Of a DNA stretch of 64,000 nt, positions 36,333-43,883 are shown piece by piece; positions within the stretch are counted from its first letter, which is position 1; every line of letters starts with the position of its first letter. The notes below the pieces were generated by a model. The model searched no databases. It was given only the letters and a program-made list of their open reading frames with translations, and was not told where the DNA came from. This stretch comes from an uncultured Chitinophaga sp. (GTDB lineage Bacteria; Bacteroidota; Bacteroidia; UKL13-3), in assembly GCA_964545895.1 (NCBI GenBank), contig CAZJHS010000002.1, positions 28,735 to 92,734 on the forward strand, read 5' to 3'. Position numbers and translations under genes: made by a program.

Positions 36333-37351
36333 TGCAAGTATGATGCGCTAAATTTAGCTAAGTAAGTTTCGGCTGTTTGTTTGTTTGAAAATGCTGCAAT
36401 GCCACCACCCATTGGGCTTTTAATTTGATCGCCTTGTATAAGGATTGCATCTTTGGTGGCGATAAACAAATCTGGATTTGTAAAATCGGCTATGTAGTAA
36501 ACTGCATCATTTAATGCCTCGTTATCTTTTTTATAACGCTGCATGCAGCCTACATCATCAAACATATAATTACGCCCTTTGGCAGTAACTACTTGTGCTG
36601 CAAATTTTGCATCAGCAATGGTCATTTTACAAAACTCACAATTATCAACATTAAGTTTAACAGATTTAGGCCCACTTTGGCTACATGATGTAAAAAGCAT
36701 AAGTGCTACAATACTCATGCTTGCTTTAAAAGCAGTTTTTGGTTTAGCTAAAAAGGTTTCCATGGCTAAAGCCAAAACCATTAAAATACCGGCACCTATA
36801 AACATCCATCCACCAAAATCAGGTACAGAATAAGCTCCAAAATTTAACAATTGTTTGTACCCAATTAATGGCGGTTGATAAGCCATACCCGGAACTTTAA
36901 TAGCTGCATTAGGATCCAAATTATGTCCGTAATCGTAGTTCCAACGATAAAAATCAACCATTGCAACAATACCAAACAATACAAATGCAGCCAATAAAAA
37001 TTGTAATAGTTTTTTGTTACCTAAAACTGCTACAACAAGTGTAAAAAGCGCATACGCACTAATAATGTAACGCATTATGCTAAACTCTATAAAGTTTTCG
37101 GCATGTAAGGTTTGCATACCAATATAATGGTTAAGTCCATTTATAATATCAACATCACCACCCAATTTATTTGAAAAAATAAGCAACGCCAATCCCTCAG
37201 GATATTGTGGTGCATCAAGTTCAATACGCCAAATAGCAACAAACATTGATGCAGTTAATAATGCCGCAGCAATTGCCAACATTATCCTTGACGACATTTT
37301 AATCTTCACTGAATTATTCATACCATTAAAATTAAAAAGGTGCAGAGGCAT
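36323..37351 (-). CDS. nosL: NosB-like 4-TM membrane domain fused in frame to a NosL copper-chaperone lipoprotein domain
   Basis: Residues about 19-205 contain four TM helices. Residues 212-342 begin with their own signal/lipobox MSIVALMLFTSCSQSG and carry NosL motifs CEFCKMTI and FDDVGCM. The track start (37351) lies in a hairpin loop, so ATG 37321 (MNNSVKIK...) is more likely. The internal ATG at 36718 could initiate a separate NosL. Confidence 0.7.
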   Translation of the reverse strand: MPLHLFNFNGMNNSVKIKMSSRIMLAIAAALLTASMFVAIWRIELDAPQYPEGLALLIFSNKLGGDVDIINGLNHYIGMQTLHAENFIEFSIMRYIISAYALFTLVVAVLGNKKLLQFLLAAFVLFGIVAMVDFYRWNYDYGHNLDPNAAIKVPGMAYQPPLIGYKQLLNFGAYSVPDFGGWMFIGAGILMVLALAMETFLAKPKTAFKASMSIVALMLFTSCSQSGPKSVKLNVDNCEFCKMTIADAKFAAQVVTAKGRNYMFDDVGCMQRYKKDNEALNDAVYYIADFTNPDLFIATKDAILIQGDQIKSPMGGGIAAFSNKQTAETYLAKFSASYLQWQ

Positions 37352-37366
37352 TACCCATCTGCACCT
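37338..37366 (-). terminator. Stem-loop plus U-tract just downstream of nosZ (partial terminator/processing site candidate)
   Basis: Perfect 9-bp stem AGGTGCAGA(37338-37346)/TCTGCACCT(37358-37366). On the minus strand it is followed by TTTTTAATTTT. Confidence 0.5.
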
Positions 37367-37388
37367 CTTTGTACACTAATAAAAGAAA

Positions 37389-39371
37389 TTATTTAGTAGC
37401 TGGCTCGGTAGCAGTTTTGCCTAAGCTAAATGATAGCGGCACGTTGCTTCCGGCAGGAGAAACACGAACATATCCTTGCATTTCTTGGTGCAATGCACTG
37501 CAAAAATCTGTACAATAAATTGGGTACATACCTACTTTTTCAGGAGTCCATTTTAAGGTTTGAGTTTCGCCTGGCATAATTAATAACTCTGCGTTTGATG
37601 CACCTTTTACAGCAAAGCCATGTGGTACATCCCAATCTTGCTCAAGGTTAGTTACGTGGAAATAAACTTCATCACCAACTTTAATACCTTCAATATTATC
37701 AGGAGAGAAATGTGAGCGAATTGAAGTCATGTAAACATGTACTTGTTTTCCGTTTCTTACCACTTTAGTTTCTTTCTCGCCTTTGGCAACATAAGGATGT
37801 TGGTTTTCGGCAATTTTGAAAATTTTGGTTGAGTTTTTAGAGATAAGATCAGCTGGTGCAGCTTGCGCATAATGTGGCTCGCCAATAGTTGGGAAGTCTA
37901 AAATTAATTGCATTTTGTCGCCACTAATATCATATATCTGTGCACTTTGTGCTAACTCAGGACCAGTAGGTAAGTATCTATCTTTAGTAATTTTATTGTA
38001 AGCAATTAAGTATTTACCAAATGGTTTTTTACTATCGCCACCAGGAATACATAAGTGACCAACTGAATAGAAAGTAGGCGCACGATCAAGCACTTTTAAA
38101 TCTTTAATATTCCATTTAACAACTTCAGATGAAACGAAGAATGAAGTGTATGCATTACCATTACCATCAAACTCTGTATGTAAAGGGCCTAAGCCTGGTT
38201 TTTTAACTTCGCCATATAAAGCTGATTCGTATTTAACTACGTTGATACCTTCATATTGTCCGTCAAACTCTTTACCTGCAATAGCTTTTTGTAATTTATC
38301 AAAACTAAATACTGGTATTAAAGCTGCTAATTTACCACTACCTACAATGTACTCACCAGTTGGATCAACATCGCAACCATGCGGAGATTTAGGGCAAGGA
38401 ATCATGTAGCATAAATCTGCAAATTCTTTCGAATCCAGAATGATAACTTCTTTTTTAGTAACTGAAGTAGCTGAATGTGTTTTTTCGCTCCATTTGTTAT
38501 GTACGTAGTTAGCTGGCACTCTTTTGCCTTTACCTGCTTTCACATACTCTTCAGCTTTTTTCCAGTTAACCGCCATAATAAAATCTTTATCTTTTTGCGA
38601 TGCATTAACCTCTAACAAAGTATTAGCTTGCTCGGTGTTATAGCATGAGAAGAAGAACCATCCGTGCGATTTACCTTTACCTGCGTGGCTTAAATCAAAG
38701 TTTACACCAGGGCATTGAATTTGAAATGCAAGATCCATTTCGCCTTCTTTACCAACGCTAATAAAGCTTAAGTGGCCTTTAAAGTTTTGCTTGTATGTAT
38801 TGATAGCAACATCACCATTTGAGTTATCGGCAGGTACACTAAAACGTGTTCCAGCAACAACATACTCTGTATTTTCGGTAATAAATGGCGAAGAGTGATT
38901 ACCTGCACTATTAGGTAATTCAATAATCTCGGCAGTTCTAAAGGTTTTTAAATCGATACGCGCAACACGTGGGGTATTGTTGGCATTACCGAAAACCCAT
39001 CTACCATCTACTTCACCATTTGTTTGTGATAATTCGGTATGATGCAAATCATCCCAAGGCACAAAACCATGCGATGTATTTAACATCGGTTTTGATTCTT
39101 CACTGTATCCCCAACCCTTTTCAGGATCAACAGAAAACACAGGAATAACGCGCAACAAACGACCGCTAGGTAAACCATACACGCTCATTTGACCACTAAA
39201 ACCGCCACTCACGAAATTGTAAAACTGGTCGTACTTGCCTGGTGCAACGTATGCTTTTTGAGCTGCATCACCGCTTACTGCTTCACCAGTGCTTTTAGGT
39301 TTGCACGAAACCATGGCGGCAAGAGCTAATGTGGCAACTGCTCCTCCAACCATTAATTTATTCCTTTTCAT
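37389..39371 (-). CDS. nosZ: Nitrous-oxide reductase, clade II (Sec/lipoprotein-type signal)
   Basis: 660 aa. The N-terminus MKRNKLMVGGAVATLALAAMVSCKPK has no twin-arginine motif. Beta-propeller His motifs (DDLHH...) are present. C-terminal cupredoxin CuA site HGFAV...CTDFCSALHQEM. Confidence 0.95.
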   Translation of the reverse strand: MKRNKLMVGGAVATLALAAMVSCKPKSTGEAVSGDAAQKAYVAPGKYDQFYNFVSGGFSGQMSVYGLPSGRLLRVIPVFSVDPEKGWGYSEESKPMLNTSHGFVPWDDLHHTELSQTNGEVDGRWVFGNANNTPRVARIDLKTFRTAEIIELPNSAGNHSSPFITENTEYVVAGTRFSVPADNSNGDVAINTYKQNFKGHLSFISVGKEGEMDLAFQIQCPGVNFDLSHAGKGKSHGWFFFSCYNTEQANTLLEVNASQKDKDFIMAVNWKKAEEYVKAGKGKRVPANYVHNKWSEKTHSATSVTKKEVIILDSKEFADLCYMIPCPKSPHGCDVDPTGEYIVGSGKLAALIPVFSFDKLQKAIAGKEFDGQYEGINVVKYESALYGEVKKPGLGPLHTEFDGNGNAYTSFFVSSEVVKWNIKDLKVLDRAPTFYSVGHLCIPGGDSKKPFGKYLIAYNKITKDRYLPTGPELAQSAQIYDISGDKMQLILDFPTIGEPHYAQAAPADLISKNSTKIFKIAENQHPYVAKGEKETKVVRNGKQVHVYMTSIRSHFSPDNIEGIKVGDEVYFHVTNLEQDWDVPHGFAVKGASNAELLIMPGETQTLKWTPEKVGMYPIYCTDFCSALHQEMQGYVRVSPAGSNVPLSFSLGKTATEPATK

Positions 39372-39389
39372 ATTATGTAATTGAAATTT

Positions 39390-39884
39390 CTATTTTACAC
39401 CATCATTTTTTCGCATAAACTCTAACACGTGTCTTGCGTCATCATCAGTTAAACCTTGGTTAGGCATACGCACTAAACAAATTTCAAGCTGTGCCTGTAC
39501 TTCAGGGTCTTTATCAATCATCGGATCAGGATTAGTAATAAAGTTCATAATCCACTCTGGTTTGCGTCTTTCTGTTACACCTTTCCATCCTGGGCCAACT
39601 AATTTTTCGTCAGTTGTTTTGTGGCATGATGAACATTTAACACCTTGAATTTTTTCGCCTTCGGTAGCCATAGTAGCATCAAGTGATGCGCCAACAGTTA
39701 CATTCTCGGCAGTAAATTTACCCTCGCCTCTATTGGGATCGTACGAAGGATTTCCGGTTGGGGTTTCGGTTGTAGTTGCAGCAGGTTCTGTTGAAGCTGC
39801 ATTAGATTGCTCGGTTGAGTTTGAGCTACCACCGCATGCATAAAGGGTTGCGGCAACAGCAAATGATACAATAACTTTTTTCAT
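39390..39884 (-). CDS. Lipoprotein c-type cytochrome (NosC-like electron donor of clade II nos clusters)
   Basis: Lipobox LYACGGSS and a single CSSCH heme motif. It lies 18 nt upstream of nosZ. Confidence 0.8.
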   Translation of the reverse strand: MKKVIVSFAVAATLYACGGSSNSTEQSNAASTEPAATTTETPTGNPSYDPNRGEGKFTAENVTVGASLDATMATEGEKIQGVKCSSCHKTTDEKLVGPGWKGVTERRKPEWIMNFITNPDPMIDKDPEVQAQLEICLVRMPNQGLTDDDARHVLEFMRKNDGVK

Positions 39885-39996
39885 AATTCAGTTAAATTTT
39901 GTAGTACGAAGTTGCTGCCGCACGCAATTTTATTTTATGCGTTGAGTCATAAATATTGAATGATTTTAAACATTAACTAACTAATAAAATACAAGG

Positions 39997-41037
39997 TTAT
40001 GGTTGTAAAACAGCCACATCGGTAAGTGTGTTTAAAAATGCTATTAACGCTAATTTTTGCTCGTTGGTTAAATTAAGTTGATATGTTGGTGCTCGTTTAT
40101 TTAAAATAGGATCAATGGTGGCTGAGGCATGAATACCCGAATTATAAAACTCAACTACTTCTGCTAAATTAGCAAACCTTCCATCGTGCATATAAGGTGC
40201 AGTTAAAGCAATATTGCGTAAAGTGGGTGTGGCAAATTTTCCAATATCGGCCGAGCTATGCGTAATTAACCATCGACCAGCATCAAAGCCGGTAAAAGTT
40301 GAACTTATGCCGTTGTTATGAAAATCGTTATCACTAAACAAAGGAGCTTGGTGGCAATGAAAACAATCGCCAATTTCAGAGAAAAAAATATGTTGTCCTT
40401 CTTGCTCTTGCCCGGTAAACTCTGCCTCACCGCGCATCACTTTATCGTACTTGGCATTATTACTAATAATTGTGCGCATGTATTGTGTAATAGCGTAAGC
40501 CAGTTTGCGCTTTAAATCTGTAAACGATAATTGGTAAACATCTTTAATTAAAAATGCTTTATACAATCGTTGGCTGTAAAAGTTATTACCAGATAAAGAT
40601 GCATACAAAGCAGCACTATCTGTGTTAAAAAATTCGGGGCCAAAATCGCCCATGCACAAGGTGTCCAAAATTCGTTCGGAGCCTATCCAATTGTAATTGC
40701 GTTTAAATGCTAAATTAATATGTGGCGGAACACTAATTTTATATCCGTTGGCACCATAAAATAATGGCAACGAAAAAGATTTTTCGCGATTATGACATGA
40801 AGAGCAACTGCGGCCATTGGTAGATAAAACAGGATCGGTGTATAAAATTTTCCCAAGCTCAACTCCCTCCACCGTTAAAGGGTTTTCAGGAATCATTTTT
40901 GCCAATGGAAAACCTGCAGGAATATTTAAAAAATATGGCGTTGGTTTATACGTTTCTGCTACCGATGTATCTGCATCTTTACTACACGATAGAATCAACA
41001 ATATCCATACCCAATAAATCCATTTATTATTTTGCAT
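39997..41037 (-). CDS. Di-heme cytochrome c peroxidase / MauG-family protein (MbnH-like)
   Basis: Heme motifs CSSCH and CFHCH, and the hallmark PTLRNIALTAPYMHDGRF. I prefer the ATG at 41037 (MQNNKWIYWVWILLILSCSKD, signal plus lipobox) over the track start at 41148, which overlaps the upstream gene by 122 nt. Confidence 0.85.
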   Translation of the reverse strand: MQNNKWIYWVWILLILSCSKDADTSVAETYKPTPYFLNIPAGFPLAKMIPENPLTVEGVELGKILYTDPVLSTNGRSCSSCHNREKSFSLPLFYGANGYKISVPPHINLAFKRNYNWIGSERILDTLCMGDFGPEFFNTDSAALYASLSGNNFYSQRLYKAFLIKDVYQLSFTDLKRKLAYAITQYMRTIISNNAKYDKVMRGEAEFTGQEQEGQHIFFSEIGDCFHCHQAPLFSDNDFHNNGISSTFTGFDAGRWLITHSSADIGKFATPTLRNIALTAPYMHDGRFANLAEVVEFYNSGIHASATIDPILNKRAPTYQLNLTNEQKLALIAFLNTLTDVAVLQP

Positions 41038-41767
41038 AAAACACATCCTTTCCATTATTAGTAAGCAATAACATGGTACTGGTATCACCCATGGTATAAT
41101 TAGCATCAGTGTAAAAATTATATGTATAAGGATTCTGATACCACTCATTAATATTCATGGCAAGTTTTATTGTATCGGTGTTTAAGCTAGCTACTGTAAA
41201 ATCAGTGGCTATGCTTTGATGTTTAATTAAAAAATAATTTAACCCAACATGCATGGCATAACCTTGTATACCACTTGTTGGGGTTTGATATTGTCCTTCA
41301 ATTTTTAAAAAATGAAACCCACCTCCCATTACATCGGGCCATAACATGCTAATGTTTTCGTCTGTAGTTTCTAGTTGATTGTGCTTATTTAAATCAGGGC
41401 TTAAACCAATATCAAACTTTATTGCGGTATACATATCCTTTGGCACATTGGTAAGCCTAAGTATGTTGGGTTGATTACGGGCATCAACAAAAAAATAAGA
41501 GTTAAGATGAACAACTGTATTGTTAATTGTGGTGAGGCTTATATTAGAAATATAATAATTGAGTCGTGTAACGCTGTACTGATTTCCAGCAGCATTTTTA
41601 TAGCGTAGGGTATCAAACTGCAAGGCATCATCATCAACAAAATAGTTAATGCGCACCGGCAAATTAACACCTGTATTTTGAGGAGGCACTAAATTATCTT
41701 TATTGCAAGCCCATACAAAAAAGATGAATATAATGAGGTAGTTTTTAATTGAATACTGCATACCCAA
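41027..41767 (-). CDS. Lipoprotein, MbnP-like partner of the peroxidase (tentative)
   Basis: Probable ATG at 41761 (MQYSIKNYLIIFIFFVWACNKD, with lipobox). About 245 aa, directly upstream of and overlapping the MauG/CCP-family gene, as in mbnP-mbnH pairs. The block YSVTRLNYYISNISL resembles my memory of MbnP-family sequences. Confidence 0.45.
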   Translation of the reverse strand: MGMQYSIKNYLIIFIFFVWACNKDNLVPPQNTGVNLPVRINYFVDDDALQFDTLRYKNAAGNQYSVTRLNYYISNISLTTINNTVVHLNSYFFVDARNQPNILRLTNVPKDMYTAIKFDIGLSPDLNKHNQLETTDENISMLWPDVMGGGFHFLKIEGQYQTPTSGIQGYAMHVGLNYFLIKHQSIATDFTVASLNTDTIKLAMNINEWYQNPYTYNFYTDANYTMGDTSTMLLLTNNGKDVFYAK

Positions 41768-41793
41768 AGTTATATGTTGCTTTAGGCATAAAC

Positions 41794-41809
41794 CTTGATT
41801 AGTATCAAG
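41794..41809. promoter_or_regulatory. Perfect FNR/CRP-type palindrome CTTGAT-TAGT-ATCAAG
   Basis: A 16-bp perfect inverted repeat containing the FNR consensus TTGAT-N4-ATCAA. It lies in the divergent intergenic region between the MbnP-like gene (ATG 41761) and the small plus-strand ORF (ATG 41849). Confidence 0.55.
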
Positions 41810-41848
41810 AATTAAAAGGTTGATTAAACGTTTTTTTGTATCAAAAAC

Positions 41849-42043
41849 ATGTACAACCCACTTGGTATTATTTTACAAATTGGCCCACCACCACCCGATG
41901 GTTGGGGCGACCCCGACATTCCAAACACACCCATTGATAGCCATATTTGGATTTTGATTTTAGCCAGTATCATCTTGGCATTTTTAAAACTTTACTACAA
42001 AAAAAGCACCTATAAATAGGTGCTTTAAACTTAAACCACATTA
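41849..42043 (+). CDS. Small (64 aa) Pro-rich protein with a P-I-D + TM + basic C-terminal module; not in the supplied ORF track
   Basis: Codon-by-codon hand translation gives MYNPLGIILQIGPPPPDGWGDPDIPNTPIDSHIWILILASIILAFLKLYYKKAPINRCFKLKPH*. An in-frame TAA lies 8 codons upstream of the ATG. Confidence 0.45.
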
Positions 42044-42094
42044 ATCAACCATTGCTTCCTAGGGTCATCAATCCTATTGGAGGAAACAAATATT

Positions 42095-42514
42095 TTATAA
42101 CGCTGTATTATCCCACTCGGCATAACACGTTGCAGTTTCGTATAACTTTAATCGTTTTACAAAAACACCTTTAGGCAGTTGGTTGCGTATTCTCGCTAAA
42201 ATTTCTAACAACAAGTATTCGGCTGTTGGCTCTTGCTTCATCCAAACTAATTTAGTGGTAAGGCTATGAGAGAGCTCGGTGTTTAATTCATTAATTTTTA
42301 AAAGCAATGCATGATCAAAATCGTTTAATACCTCTTGTTGCACTATGGATTTTAGCTTTTTAAAGTCCATAATCATTGCTGTTTCTTCTACAACTTTTCC
42401 AACAACTGTTACATGCAATTCGTAACTGTGGCCGTGTATATTTTTACATGCACCATCATAACTCGAAATGGCATGAGCAGCTTCAAACGTAAATACCTTA
42501 GTAACACTTAACAT
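42095..42514 (-). CDS. queD: 6-carboxy-5,6,7,8-tetrahydropterin synthase
   Basis: KVFTFEAAHAI...CKNIHGHSYELHVTV zinc/catalytic motifs, 139 aa. Confidence 0.85.
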   Translation of the reverse strand: MLSVTKVFTFEAAHAISSYDGACKNIHGHSYELHVTVVGKVVEETAMIMDFKKLKSIVQQEVLNDFDHALLLKINELNTELSHSLTTKLVWMKQEPTAEYLLLEILARIRNQLPKGVFVKRLKLYETATCYAEWDNTAL

Positions 42515-42527
42515 GATGTTTTTAATT

Positions 42528-43883
42528 TTATGTAGCTATAGAATTAACTCCTGTTGATGATGATTGTGGTACTTTACAAGTTAATGTATGATACACCAAC
42601 ACAATAGCGGTTGTAGCCAAGGCTAATAAAAGTATTAAGCCTGATGCATTAAACACTATAAAATATGGAACCATTTTTTGCATAAGAGTATGATGCGAAA
42701 TAGTAGAAATTGAATTTTGCCAAATACCTTTTTGAATGCCAGCCACATTTAACGAAAGCCAAAACACAAGTAAACTACTTTGCATAATCCAAAAAGCGGT
42801 GTTGAGTGTTTTGGTTGGTTTTTGATAGCTTTTACATGGATTACTTAAAAACATAAAACAAGCAGCAAACAAAATCATGGTATTAATACCAATTGTAGTA
42901 CCCATGGCATGTGCAACGGTAACATGGGTTCCGTGCGTATATAAATTAAACGCAGGTATTGACATTAAAATGGCTTGTGCCATGTTTAAAAACACCCAAA
43001 AGTTAGAAGCCATTATAAAGCGATAAGGGTAATAATGAAAGTACTGTTTTGCCTCGGTAATACTTGCTTTCCAGGTGTAAATAATGCGCGCAAAAAATAT
43101 CCACTCGGTCATGCTTACTGCATAGCCAACATACCTAATATAAGCTTGTGTTGGAAGTGTATAAATGTGGTGGCCCCAATTAAACATCAGATTAAATAAT
43201 CCAAGAAAAAACATTGCAAAGGCCATTTTACTGGAAGCCATTTTGCTTTGTCCACTTATTCTATCCATTAAAAAAAATGCAGTGCCATATATTATTTGAT
43301 TCCATGCTCCAACCAAAGAGCCATTCACTTTCCACTGAATGGTCATATCGGTAATAAAATCTTTTCTAAAATAAGGGAACAGCCACAAGTAGTTTTCGGT
43401 AAACGTGAATAAGAAAAACACAATGCCTGTCATCCACATCCAAACGTATACCGGCCATGTTTTAAAATGCTTAGCCACCTTTATAAAGTTAGCCAACATA
43501 AGTAACCACGAAGCCGCAATAGGCAATGCCCAAATAGGATTAAACTCCCAATACTCGCGGCCACCAAAATCCTTTTTAAAATAACTACTAGCTACACCCA
43601 CTATAGCAATTAGCCAAAGTAAAAGCTGAGCTAGGGCCAATTTATTTGAAATACAATTAGGTTTTAGCACCGTAAGCGCACTTAACACACAACCGCTTGC
43701 AGCCAATAAAATCCAAAAAATTACAAACGACACATGCATGGGCCTTAACGCCACAAAGCCAAATGTGCTTTTTAAAAACGTAGGGAATACATAAACCTGT
43801 GCCGCTAATACGCCAAATAGTAATCCTATGAGCAGCGTAAATAAAGCTACTAGCAAAAATAATTTTCCAACTTGTGTTTTCAT
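42528..43883 (-). CDS. Heme-copper-oxidase-superfamily subunit I-like protein (NorB/CcoN-like) with atypical metal-ligand set
   Basis: 451 aa with about 12 TM helices. LRPMHVSFVIFW (helix II type), NWGHHIYTLP (helix VII HH) and THGTHVTVAHAMG (helix X region) are present. ATGA overlap with the upstream cytochrome c gene. Confidence 0.6.
   Translation of the reverse strand: MKTQVGKLFLLVALFTLLIGLLFGVLAAQVYVFPTFLKSTFGFVALRPMHVSFVIFWILLAASGCVLSALTVLKPNCISNKLALAQLLLWLIAIVGVASSYFKKDFGGREYWEFNPIWALPIAASWLLMLANFIKVAKHFKTWPVYVWMWMTGIVFFLFTFTENYLWLFPYFRKDFITDMTIQWKVNGSLVGAWNQIIYGTAFFLMDRISGQSKMASSKMAFAMFFLGLFNLMFNWGHHIYTLPTQAYIRYVGYAVSMTEWIFFARIIYTWKASITEAKQYFHYYPYRFIMASNFWVFLNMAQAILMSIPAFNLYTHGTHVTVAHAMGTTIGINTMILFAACFMFLSNPCKSYQKPTKTLNTAFWIMQSSLLVFWLSLNVAGIQKGIWQNSISTISHHTLMQKMVPYFIVFNASGLILLLALATTAIVLVYHTLTCKVPQSSSTGVNSIAT

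Noticed and set aside
39912-39969. Possible regulator sites upstream of the nos cytochrome c gene: TTGC-TGCCGCAC-GCAA (39912-39927) and TTGA-ATGATT-TTAA (39956-39969).
   Set aside because: The first has N8 between its 4-bp arms and does not fit the 14-bp TTGA-N6-TCAA geometry. The second has a mismatch in the critical TCAA half-site. Neither is convincing without a genome-wide motif model. They remain worth a look only if the two perfect palindromes prove functional.
41038-41148. A 37-aa N-terminal extension of the peroxidase ORF as given in the track (start 41148).
   Set aside because: It would overlap the upstream gene by 122 nt, and it precedes a perfect signal peptide plus lipobox that begins at Met38. 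The ATG at 41037 is the more plausible start.
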